Source: Pseudodesulfovibrio mercurii
GTDB lineage: Bacteria > Desulfobacterota > Desulfovibrionia > Desulfovibrionales > Desulfovibrionaceae
DNA length: 32,000 nucleotides
Direction: 5' to 3'
NCBI RefSeq assembly: GCF_000189295.2
Contig: NC_016803.1
Coordinates: 2,010,001-2,042,000 of the forward strand
Below, piece after piece: positions 1-7,393 of the stretch (position 1 is the stretch's first letter; every line of letters starts with the position of its first letter). Below the pieces are notes generated by a model that was not told where the DNA came from, made no database searches, and saw only the letters and a list, made by a program, of their open reading frames with translations. A program made the position numbers and the translations under genes.

Positions 1-1765
1 CGGCCTGGTCGATGAACGGGTCGTTCTCGTCCTTCTCCAAGATGGTCAGCATGTTGCGGATGAGCGGGTGGTCCGGGTTGATCTCCAGGACCTTCTGGGG
101 GATGGACGTGTCCTTGCTCATGACGCGCATGATCTTGTCCATGGACGAGGTCACGTTGCCGTCCGGGTTGGCCAGGCAGACCGGGGACTCGGACAGCCGC
201 GTGGAGGCCTTGACCTCGGTCACGGCGTCGCCGAGCACGTCCTTCATGCGCTTGAGCAGGGTGTCCAGCTCGGTCTTCTGCTCGTCGGACAGGGCCTCGG
301 GCCGCTCGGCCTTTTCCACGTCCTCGAACTTGTCCAGCTTGGCCATGTCCGCGTGCTCGGCCGAGACCAGGGTGCAGCCGTCGAACTCGCGCATGGCGTC
401 CATGACGAACTCGTCGATGGGCTCATAGAGGTACAGGACCTCGACGTGCTTGCGCCGGAAGACCTCCAGGTGCGGGGAGAGGCTGAGCGCCTGGCGGCTC
501 GGGCCGTAGGCGTAGTAGATCTCCTTCTGCCCCTCCTTGGCCCGCGTGATGTAGTCCGCGAACGAGGTCAGCGCCTTGTCGTCGTCCAGGGCCGAGGAGT
601 TGAAGCGCACCAGCCCGGCGAACTTGTCCTTGTTCAGGAAGTCCATGTAGCCCGCCTTGAACAGCTCGCCGTGGGCGCGCCAGAACTCGGCGTAGCGGTC
701 CGCGTCGTCCTTGGCCATCTTGGTCAGGTGGTCGAGCACCTGCTTGACCAGGGTGGAGCTGATCTTGCGCATGAGCAGGTTGTCCTGCAGGGTCTCGCGC
801 GAGATGTTCAGGGGCAGGTCCTCGGTGTCGACCACGCCCTTGACGAAGCCCAGGTACTCGGGGAGCAGGTCCTTGTTCTGCTTCTCGATGAGCACCCGGC
901 GCACGTACAGGTCCAGGCCCCGGTTCTCGCGGCCCAGGCCGAACGGATCGTCGCCGTGCTTGGGGATGAACATGAGCGCGTTGAACTGGACCGGCGCGTC
1001 CACCGAGGTGTGCAGGGTGTCGAAGGGCTCGTCCGGGTCGAAGGTCAGGAACTGGTAGAACTCGGCGTACTGCTCGGGCTTGATCTGGAACTTGGGCTCG
1101 CGCCACAGGGCCTGGATGGTGTTGACCCGCTCGTCGCCCACGAAGATGGGGAAATTGATGAAGTTGGAGTGCTTCTTGACCACCTGCTTGATGTGCGCCA
1201 GGTTGGTGAACTGGGAGGCCACGTCCTCCTTCAGGTGGACCGTGATCTCGGTGCCGTGCGGACGGTCCTCGTCCAGCTCCTGCAACTTGTAGTCGGTGCG
1301 GCCGTCCGAGGTCCAGGTGATGGCCTTGGCGGCGGCGTCCATGGACTTGGTGGTCACATCCACCTCGTCGGCGACCATGTACACGGAATAGAAGCCCACG
1401 CCGAACCGACCGATGAGCGAATCCAGCGACTCCTTGCCCTCCTCGGCAAGCCGGGCCAGCTCGGCCGTGCCCGAGTGGGCGATGGTGCCGATGTTGCGCA
1501 TGAGCTCGTCGCGGGTCATGCCGATGCCGGTGTCGGTCACGGTCAGGGTCTTGGCCTCGGCGTCCGCCGTGATGCGGATCTCCGGGGCCAGCTCGTCGGC
1601 CGCGCCCTCGGCCTGGGTCTTGAACCGGGCCTTTTCCAGGGCGTCGGACGCGTTGGAGATCAGCTCGCGAAGGAATATCTCCTTGTTGGTGTACAGCGAA
1701 TGTACCAGGATATCGAGAAGTTGGCTGACTTCCGCCTTGAATTTATGGGTGGTTTTCTTGCCCAT
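1..1765 (-). CDS. htpG: Molecular chaperone HtpG (Hsp90 family), C-terminally truncated by window edge
   Basis: Absent from the ORF track because it runs off the window. Hand translation of the minus strand from ATG (comp. 1763-1765, GGAGG 8 nt upstream) gives MGKKTTHKFKAEVSQLLDILVHSLYTNKEIFLRELISNASDALEK...TDTGIGMTRDEL..GTIAHSGT, the GHKL ATPase N-terminus of HtpG. The frame stays open to position 1 and reads typical HtpG C-terminal sequence (..NPDHPLIRNML..). Confidence 0.95.
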   Translation of the reverse strand, partial: MGKKTTHKFKAEVSQLLDILVHSLYTNKEIFLRELISNASDALEKARFKTQAEGAADELAPEIRITADAEAKTLTVTDTGIGMTRDELMRNIGTIAHSGTAELARLAEEGKESLDSLIGRFGVGFYSVYMVADEVDVTTKSMDAAAKAITWTSDGRTDYKLQELDEDRPHGTEITVHLKEDVASQFTNLAHIKQVVKKHSNFINFPIFVGDERVNTIQALWREPKFQIKPEQYAEFYQFLTFDPDEPFDTLHTSVDAPVQFNALMFIPKHGDDPFGLGRENRGLDLYVRRVLIEKQNKDLLPEYLGFVKGVVDTEDLPLNISRETLQDNLLMRKISSTLVKQVLDHLTKMAKDDADRYAEFWRAHGELFKAGYMDFLNKDKFAGLVRFNSSALDDDKALTSFADYITRAKEGQKEIYYAYGPSRQALSLSPHLEVFRRKHVEVLYLYEPIDEFVMDAMREFDGCTLVSAEHADMAKLDKFEDVEKAERPEALSDEQKTELDTLLKRMKDVLGDAVTEVKASTRLSESPVCLANPDGNVTSSMDKIMRVMSKDTSIPQKVLEINPDHPLIRNMLTILEKDENDPFIDQA

Positions 1766-1879
1766 GAAAAATACCTCCGTAGGAATGACGTGCGCCCGCC
1801 GGGTACGCGGCTCTCGCGCACCCGGCGGGACTTTTTCATAGAGAGAGTATGTTCGGGAATGGCGTCCCGGGAACCTGTT

Positions 1880-2485
1880 CTAAGTAGATACGGATTTGAT
1901 CTTGTCAAGGAGGTACTTTTCCATTTCGCGCCGATCCTTGCGCAGACGGATCATCTCGGCCTCCATGACCGCAAGCTTTTCCTTGAGCTCCCGGTTCTCG
2001 GCCCGGAGCGCCTCGGTGGCCTCCACGGCCACGCCGATGCGCGAGGCGGCCTCCTCCAGCCCCCGGCGCACCTCGGACACGTCCGGCCCGTCCGCGTTCC
2101 CGGCGTCGAGCACCGAACGGATGCCCTCGCCCACGGACCGGGCGATCTCCAGCCCGATGGCCGCGGCCATGCCCATGACCTGGTCCATGGACCCGGCCGC
2201 CTGGACCGGCGCGGCCGCGCTGGCGGCGACGGGCACCGCGTCCGCCTGCAACGGATAGTCCTGGGACAATTGCTCCATGACGTCGCGGGCCGTGTGGCCC
2301 TCCTTAAGCAGCCGGGAAATGGTCGAGAAAATCTCCACGGCCTCGGGCTTGAAGCGCTTCTGGCGGCCACGCCCCACGCTCGGCAGATGCTGGGCGAACC
2401 GGTTCTTCCAGTAATGCACCGTGGATTCGGGCAGGTCGAGCTCGCGGGCGATCTCGGCCACGGACAACACCTTCTTGCCAGTCAT
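1880..2485 (-). CDS. MerR/HTH_17-like DNA-binding regulator with C-terminal coiled coil
   Basis: 201 aa. The N-terminus LSVAEIARELDLPESTVHYWKNRF is a MerR-type helix-turn-helix. The C-terminal 50 aa (EALRAENRELKEKLAVMEAEMIRLRKDRREMEKYL) look like a coiled coil. GGGAG lies upstream of the ATG. The gene is co-directional with htpG and sits 114 nt upstream of it. Confidence 0.8.
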   Translation of the reverse strand: MTGKKVLSVAEIARELDLPESTVHYWKNRFAQHLPSVGRGRQKRFKPEAVEIFSTISRLLKEGHTARDVMEQLSQDYPLQADAVPVAASAAAPVQAAGSMDQVMGMAAAIGLEIARSVGEGIRSVLDAGNADGPDVSEVRRGLEEAASRIGVAVEATEALRAENRELKEKLAVMEAEMIRLRKDRREMEKYLLDKIKSVST

Positions 2486-2573
2486 GTCGCGCTCCCTTGG
2501 CTTGCTTGCGGTCCTTGTTGTTTTTCATTGGAGTAGCGGAAATATCGATTCCCGACAAGAAAAAACGGATTCC

Positions 2574-2602
2574 ATCATACTCATTTCACACAGATTTTTC
2601 AA
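2574..2602 (-). promoter_or_regulatory. Sigma70-like promoter for the MerR-like gene (and possibly htpG)
   Basis: The minus strand reads TTGAAA (comp. 2597-2602), a 17 nt spacer, then TATGAT (comp. 2574-2579), about 85 nt upstream of the ATG at 2485. The region is locally AT-rich. Confidence 0.45.
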
Positions 2603-2611
2603 AACAACAAC

Positions 2612-2633
2612 CAACCGCAACCTGTTGTGGTTG
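2612..2633. promoter_or_regulatory. Imperfect 10-bp-arm palindrome, candidate operator in the divergent MerR-like / mauE-like intergenic region
   Basis: CAACCGCAAC-ct-GTTGTGGTTG has one mismatch. It starts 10 bp upstream of the -35 of the minus-strand promoter. Confidence 0.3.
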
Positions 2634-2758
2634 ATATTCTTGAATTTTTCTAGACTTTTTACAGAGAATGCCCACGACCGCAGCCGATTTGCACTCGGGC
2701 GCGGAACGCCTTATGGTCGCGTGGCCGCCCCGGCGGACAGGCTTAAAGGGATACGCAC

Positions 2759-3238
2759 ATGCAATCACTGCTCGGCTCCAAAACGCTCTACACCCTGGTC
2801 AGGGTGTGCCTCGGCCTGCTCTTCGTCTACGCCGGGACGCTCAAGCTCATGCACCCCGAAGGGTTCGCCGTGACCATCAACATCTACGGGCTGGTCTCCT
2901 GGAAAATGGCGGGCTTCCTGTCCTACGCCATCCCCACCGTGGAGATCCTGTCCGGGCTCGGCCTGATCCTCGACGTGCGCGGCGCGTTGGCGATCATTGT
3001 CGCACAGTTGTTGGGGTTCATGGTCGTCCTGCTCTACGCCATGTACCTCGGCCTCGACGCCGACTGCGGCTGCTTCGGCAACCCCAAGAACACCGACAAC
3101 GCCCCCACCGGCCCCCTCCACGCCTTCCTCCGCGACGCCGCCATGCTCGCCGCCTGCGCCCTGCTCTACGCCCAACGCCGCACCGCAGGCTTCAGGCCGT
3201 GGGGACTGGGACGGCTGCTCGGGAAGAAAAAGCAGTAG
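2759..3238 (+). CDS. MauE/DoxX-family integral membrane protein
   Basis: 159 aa with four hydrophobic segments. It starts LVRVCLGLLFVYAGTLKLMHPEGF and carries a CGCFG motif, as in methylamine-utilisation MauE-like proteins. Confidence 0.75.
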   Translation: MQSLLGSKTLYTLVRVCLGLLFVYAGTLKLMHPEGFAVTINIYGLVSWKMAGFLSYAIPTVEILSGLGLILDVRGALAIIVAQLLGFMVVLLYAMYLGLDADCGCFGNPKNTDNAPTGPLHAFLRDAAMLAACALLYAQRRTAGFRPWGLGRLLGKKKQ

Positions 3239-3445
3239 GGAAACCGCCTTCGGCGGGATGGGTCGGGTGATTTCGCCTCCGGCGGCCAAAGGGGCGAGCC
3301 CCCTTTGGAATCCCTGGGTCGCCTGCGGCGAAGGTGGGAGCGCGAGGGGATGGGCCGGGCGCGGGCTCGGCGGTGTCCCGAAGTGTTCGCAGCGTTCTGA
3401 AACGGCGGCAAACCCGCAATCATTCCCGTTCTCCTCCCTCTTCAA

Positions 3446-3472
3446 TAAAAAAACCCCGCGATTTCGGGCGGG
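3446..3472 (-). terminator. Rho-independent terminator (minus strand)
   Basis: The minus strand reads CCCCGC-ccgaaatc-GCGGGG followed by TTTTTTT (plus-strand A-run 3446-3452). It lies about 310 nt downstream of the lipoprotein gene stop. Confidence 0.55.
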
Positions 3473-3537
3473 GAAAACGGCGGGTGCTTTTTCGTGAAGA
3501 CGCACGCTCTCCCACCCGTTTTCCCCGCCCGAAATCG
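3457..3537. repeat. Perfect 23-bp inverted repeat with 35-nt spacer
   Basis: 3457-3479 (gcgatttcgggcggggaaaacgg) is the exact reverse complement of 3515-3537. The left arm also contains the terminator hairpin. Confidence 0.9.
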
Positions 3538-3723
3538 CACACCGGCACGGCGGAAGGCGCCCCCCGCCAAGCCTTTCGCCGCCGCACGTCCGAGCGTAGT
3601 GAGGCGAAGGGGTCCAGGGGGCCTTGCTCCCTGGCGGGTCCAGGGCAGCGCCCTGGTCTCCCCGAAGGGGCCCCCCGGAAGGGCCGCCGGAGGCATCACC
3701 CACGCCACACCCTTGCCAACGCC

Positions 3724-3754
3724 AACGAGGCAGGACCTTCACGGCCCTGCCTCG
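3724..3754 (-). terminator. Stem-loop just downstream of the lipoprotein gene (no U-tract)
   Basis: acgaggcagg (3724-3733) pairs with cctgcctcgt (3745-3754), giving a 10 bp stem and an 11 nt loop. It lies 25 nt after the stop at 3780. No T-run follows on the minus strand, so terminator function is uncertain. Confidence 0.3.
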
Positions 3755-3779
3755 TTCGTATGGGGGGGGTATCGGCGAG

Positions 3780-4238
3780 CTACTGGACGAGCTGCCAGGA
3801 GCCGTCGGGCTGGCGGTAGGCCTTGGCGTAGACGGTCTGTCGGGAGCCGTCGGCCATGCGGGCATGGATGGTCACGTCGCGTTCGACGCGGCCGTCGTTG
3901 TATTCGCGCGGCGGTTCGGGGATGGCCTCGTACTGGGTGCGGGTATCGGGGTTGACCCACTCGTTGGCGTAGCCCGAGGGCGTGGATTCGAGGGTATTGG
4001 CCAGGTGCGCCTGGTCGGCCTTTTCCATTTCATTGCCCACGATGTATCCGGCGAGCAGGCCCACGCCCGCGCCGATGGCCGCGCCCGAGATCTTGTTCTT
4101 GAAGGTCAGCGCGCCGAGGGTGGCCCCGGCCAGGGTGCCGATCCCGGCGGCGTTCTGGGTTTGGGTGGTCTGGCAGCCCGCCAGCAGGGTCAGCATCAGC
4201 AACAGCGACGTAGTGGTCTTGAGTAGGGCGTTCTTCAT
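3780..4238 (-). CDS. Glycine-zipper (17 kDa surface-antigen-like) lipoprotein
   Basis: I take the start at the internal ATG (comp. 4236-4238), which has AGGAGG 9 nt upstream. This gives MKNALLKTTTSLLLMLTLLAGC, a lipobox signal peptide. It is followed by the glycine-zipper segment GIGTLAGATLGALTFKNKISGAAIGAGVGLLAGYIVG. The upstream 32 codons in the track look non-coding. Confidence 0.8.
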   Translation of the reverse strand: MKNALLKTTTSLLLMLTLLAGCQTTQTQNAAGIGTLAGATLGALTFKNKISGAAIGAGVGLLAGYIVGNEMEKADQAHLANTLESTPSGYANEWVNPDTRTQYEAIPEPPREYNDGRVERDVTIHARMADGSRQTVYAKAYRQPDGSWQLVQ

Positions 4239-4312
4239 GGTTTTTTCCTCCTTGCAGCCTTGCGGGCCGTTCCTTGTTTCGGCCGCTCGGCCTTGCTCTC
4301 GATGGGAAGAGA

Positions 4313-4327
4313 GCATAGGGTGTGCCA
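4313..4327 (-). promoter_or_regulatory. Sigma54 (-24/-12) type promoter upstream of the lipoprotein gene
   Basis: The minus strand reads TGGCAC-accct-ATGCT. The GG and GC elements have the canonical TGGCAC-N5-TTGC spacing. The site is about 75 nt upstream of the ATG at 4238. Confidence 0.45.
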
Positions 4328-4362
4328 GACGCATCAGCTTGGAATAATGGAATAATTTTTAC

Positions 4363-4395
4363 GTGCGCAACGGCTTGCGCACGCAAACTGCGCAC
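4363..4395. promoter_or_regulatory. TGCGCA-type palindrome plus third half-site; candidate enhancer-binding-protein or regulator site
   Basis: GTGCGCAA-cggc-TTGCGCAC (4363-4382) has perfect 8-bp arms. A third TGCGCAC lies at 4389-4395. The sites are 35-70 bp upstream of the -24 element, in the divergent intergenic region. Confidence 0.3.
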
Positions 4396-4464
4396 CGGGA
4401 TGCAAGAATTGTCCGTGGAGCGGTGCGGCTTCCCCGGCCGGGGCGATCCTGGTACAAGGGGTTC

Positions 4465-5418
4465 ATGACCGGACGTGACGCGCGCATCGACAACGCCAAG
4501 GGCGTGCTCATCATCCTGGTGGTCCTGGGGCACCTGGTCTGGCCGGTGCCGAGCGGCGACCGGCCGGCGGACGGCCTGTATTTCTTCGCGTACCTGTTCC
4601 ACATGCCCATGTTCGCCCTGATTTCGGGCTGGCTGTCGCGGGTGGAGACGGGGTGGGCGGCGCTGGTCCGGAACGGACGACTGCTCCTGGCCCCGTACGT
4701 GATCTTCGTGGCGCTGCACGCGCTCATCCTGCGGCTCATGGGCCAGGAGCCCTACCCCTTTCTCCAGGGATTGTACGGGCTGTGGTACCTGCTCAGCCTG
4801 TTCTGCTGGCGCATGGTCCTGCCCTATGCGCGACGCGTGCCGCTGGCCCTGCCCTTGTCCGTCGCGCTGGCCCTGGCGGCGGGATTCGTGCCGTTCATCG
4901 GCCTGGATTTGAGCCTGTCCCGGACGTTGGTGCTGCTGCCGTTCTTCCTGGCCGGGCACCGGCTCAGGGAAAAGGGTGTCTCGCCCACGGCCGTGTTCGG
5001 CCGACTGACGGGCGGGGCGCTGGTGGCGACCGGACTGCTGCTGGCCGCATGGCTCTCCGGGTATGCTTTCCAGCCCATGCTGTACGGCAACGGGCCGTAT
5101 GCCGCCCTGGGGCCGGGGGTGGGCGTGGGATTTGCCGCCCGCGCCGTGCAGTTGGCGGCGGCCTTCGGCCTGGGACTGGGCGCGCTGGCCCTGACGCCGG
5201 GGGCCGAGAGCCCCCTGACCCGCATCGGCCGCCACTCGCTGCACGTCTACCTGCTGCACACGCTGCTGCTCGTGCCCTACCGCCTGTGGCCCGGCGCCTA
5301 CGGCGTGCTCGGCTCCAGGGCCTGGCTCCTGATACCAGCGGCCGTGCTGCTGGCCTGGCTCCTGGCCAGTCCCCCGGTGGTCAAGGTCACGCGGCGGCTG
5401 GTCGCGCCCCTGGGCTGA
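4465..5418 (+). CDS. Acyltransferase family 3 (OafA-like) membrane protein
   Basis: I take the start at ATG 4465. This gives MTGRDARIDNAKGVLIILVVLGHL.., the typical N-terminus of acyltransferase_3 proteins, followed by about 9 hydrophobic segments. The track start at 4363 is a GTG inside the palindrome. Confidence 0.75.
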   Translation: MTGRDARIDNAKGVLIILVVLGHLVWPVPSGDRPADGLYFFAYLFHMPMFALISGWLSRVETGWAALVRNGRLLLAPYVIFVALHALILRLMGQEPYPFLQGLYGLWYLLSLFCWRMVLPYARRVPLALPLSVALALAAGFVPFIGLDLSLSRTLVLLPFFLAGHRLREKGVSPTAVFGRLTGGALVATGLLLAAWLSGYAFQPMLYGNGPYAALGPGVGVGFAARAVQLAAAFGLGLGALALTPGAESPLTRIGRHSLHVYLLHTLLLVPYRLWPGAYGVLGSRAWLLIPAAVLLAWLLASPPVVKVTRRLVAPLG

Positions 5419-5434
5419 TCCTGTTTCGCCCAAC

Positions 5435-5474
5435 AAAAAAGGCCCCGGTCGTGCGACCGGGGCCTTTTCATTTT
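5435..5474. terminator. Bidirectional rho-independent terminator shared by the acyltransferase gene and ald
   Basis: AAAAAA-GGCCCCGGTC-gtgc-GACCGGGGCC-TTTTCATTTT: a 10 bp GC stem flanked by an A-run and a T-run, lying between convergent genes. Confidence 0.85.
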
Positions 5475-5490
5475 CCGTGTACCGTAAGGG

Positions 5491-6603
5491 CTACATCTGG
5501 GCCAGGGCCTCTTCCGGGGTCATGGACTCGATGTTCAGGGCCGCGCCCACGGCCGGGCAGGTCAGGTTGCCGTCCCAGGTGTTCAGGCCCAGGGCCAGGC
5601 CCGGGTCTTCCTTGAGGGCGGCCACGCCCTTGGCGGCCAGGCGCAGGGCGTAGGGAGCGGTCTGGTTGACCAGGGCGAAGGTGGAGGTGCGGGGCACCGC
5701 GCCGGGCATGTTGGCCACGCCGTAGTGGACCACGCCGTCGATGACGTAGGTCGGGTTGTCGTGGGTGGTGGCGTGGGTGGTCTCGATGCAGCCGCCCTGG
5801 TCCACGGCCACGTCGACGATGACCGCGCCTTCCTTCATCAGGGGCAGCATGTCGCGGGTGATCAGGTTCGGGGTCTTGGCGCCGGGCAGCAGGACCGCGC
5901 CGATGACCAGGTCGGCCCGCTGGACCATCTGGCGGATGTTGGGCTCGGTGGACATCATGGTGGTGATGCGGCCCTGGAAGACGTCGTCCAGGTACTGGAG
6001 GCGCTGGTGGGAAAGGTCGAGGATGGTCACGCGCGCGCCCATGCCCATGGCGATGCGGGCCGCGTTGGTGCCGACCACGCCGCCGCCCAGGACGAGCACT
6101 TCGGCGGGGTACACGCCGGGCACGCCGCCGAGCAGGATGCCGCGGCCGCCCTGGGTCTTCTCCAGGTAGTGCGCGCCCACCTGGGTGGCCATGCGGCCGG
6201 CGACCTCGGACATGGGGGTCAGCAGGGGCAGGGTGCCGTCGGCGGACTTGACGGTCTCGTAGGCCACGGAGGTGGTCCCGGCGTCGAGCAGGGCCTTGGT
6301 CAGCTCGGGAGCGGCGGCCAGGTGCAGGTAGGTGAACAGGATCATGTCCTTGCGCAGGTACTTGAACTCGCTCGGAAGCGGCTCCTTGACCTTGATGACC
6401 ATCTCGGCGGCCCAGGCCTCCTCGGCGGTGACCATCTTGGCGCCCGCGGCGGCGTATTCCTCATCGGTCAGGCCGCTGCCCAGACCGGCGCCGGCCTCGA
6501 CCAGCACCTCGTTGCCCTTGCGGACCAGGGATTCCACCGCACCGGGGGTCATGGCCACGCGGTTTTCCAACGTCTTGATTTCTTTGGGGATACCGATAAT
6601 CAT
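5491..6603 (-). CDS. ald: Alanine dehydrogenase
   Basis: 370 aa. [23 protein letters not shown]..., the NAD-binding [28 protein letters not shown] and ..[11 protein letters not shown].. are all characteristic of AlaDH. AAGGAG lies upstream. Confidence 0.95.
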   Translation of the reverse strand: MIIGIPKEIKTLENRVAMTPGAVESLVRKGNEVLVEAGAGLGSGLTDEEYAAAGAKMVTAEEAWAAEMVIKVKEPLPSEFKYLRKDMILFTYLHLAAAPELTKALLDAGTTSVAYETVKSADGTLPLLTPMSEVAGRMATQVGAHYLEKTQGGRGILLGGVPGVYPAEVLVLGGGVVGTNAARIAMGMGARVTILDLSHQRLQYLDDVFQGRITTMMSTEPNIRQMVQRADLVIGAVLLPGAKTPNLITRDMLPLMKEGAVIVDVAVDQGGCIETTHATTHDNPTYVIDGVVHYGVANMPGAVPRTSTFALVNQTAPYALRLAAKGVAALKEDPGLALGLNTWDGNLTCPAVGAALNIESMTPEEALAQM

Positions 6604-6649
6604 CTGTTGCTCCTTTGCAAAGCTCTCCGCCCTCTCCGGCGGCCCTACG

Positions 6650-7132
6650 TTATTTGGTGAAGGTTTCGATCACAGCGTCGGGCAACAACAGCCACTTGCG
6701 CCGTGATTTCATGACGACGAACGATTCGGAGGCGTTGATGCCGCCGACCTTGGAAAGATCCTGATCCAGGAACTGGTAGAGATCGTCCATGCCTTCCTGG
6801 CAGATGATCTCCACGATGATGTCGTAGCGCCCGGTGACCACGGCCGCCCAGTTGACCCTGGGCAGGGCCCCGATCTGGTCGAGCTTCTCGCCGAGCTGCT
6901 CGTGGCTCATCAGGCTGATGCCCACCAGGGCCACGGTCAGCCCCTTGACGCGCATGGGATTGACCATGCCCGCGACCTTGAGCGCGCCCGCGCGCATCAG
7001 GTTCTTGACCCGCGAGCGCACCGTGGGCGCGGTCACGCCCGTGGCCGCCCCGATCTTGCCGGGCGACAGCTGGCCGTCGCGGGTCAGTTCGGCAACCAGC
7101 CGCTTGTCCTGGGAATCCAATTCGTTTTTCAT
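6650..7132 (-). CDS. Lrp/AsnC-family transcriptional regulator
   Basis: 160 aa. LDSQDKRLVAELTRDGQLSPGKIGAATGVTAPTVRSRVKNL is the HTH, followed by an AsnC/RAM-type C-terminal domain. The gene is directly upstream of ald and co-directional with it. Confidence 0.9.
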   Translation of the reverse strand: MKNELDSQDKRLVAELTRDGQLSPGKIGAATGVTAPTVRSRVKNLMRAGALKVAGMVNPMRVKGLTVALVGISLMSHEQLGEKLDQIGALPRVNWAAVVTGRYDIIVEIICQEGMDDLYQFLDQDLSKVGGINASESFVVMKSRRKWLLLPDAVIETFTK

Positions 7133-7176
7133 TTTTGTCAGTCCATATTTTCGATTTGGAAAGCGTGACAGGGTTC

Positions 7177-7206
7177 TTTTTACCTAAAAGTAAAAAATCT
7201 TGTCAA
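7177..7206 (-). promoter_or_regulatory. Possible sigma70 promoter for the lrp-like / ald unit
   Basis: The minus strand reads TTGACA (comp. 7201-7206), an 18 nt spacer, then TAAAAA (comp. 7177-7182). The -35 is perfect and the -10 is weak. Confidence 0.3.
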
Positions 7207-7393
7207 TGATTTTTTGCCATCAGCAAAACGGGACAAGGCTGTCCCTCCGACGTGCGCCCGGCGGTAGGGGCCCGGTCCCGGAAAGCGGTTCCGGGGCGTG
7301 CCGCAGGGCGATTCCGGGACGGTGGCGAGGGGGATTGCCGGGGCGGTTCGGGCGAGGCCCGACGGCGGCCCCGGGGCGCGTCGCGGGACGCGA

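Noticed and set aside
68-2536. 822-aa plus-strand ORF, the longest in this part of the track
   Set aside because: It is antisense to two confidently recognisable genes (htpG and the MerR-like gene). The product is low-complexity and rich in G, L, V, D, H and R, with no motif. This is the typical open antisense frame of high-GC DNA.
2765-3865. 366-aa minus-strand ORF and several 75-166-aa ORFs covering 3166-3960
   Set aside because: They run through the mauE-like gene in antisense and through a repeat-filled, terminator-containing intergenic gap. The peptides are rich in Pro, Arg, Gly and Ala and have no start-site signals.
4030-5615. 468-aa minus-strand and 320-aa plus-strand alternative-frame ORFs over the acyltransferase gene
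   Set aside because: Their composition is Arg/Pro/Gly-rich. They overlap a membrane protein whose frame shows clear TM periodicity and a canonical N-terminus.
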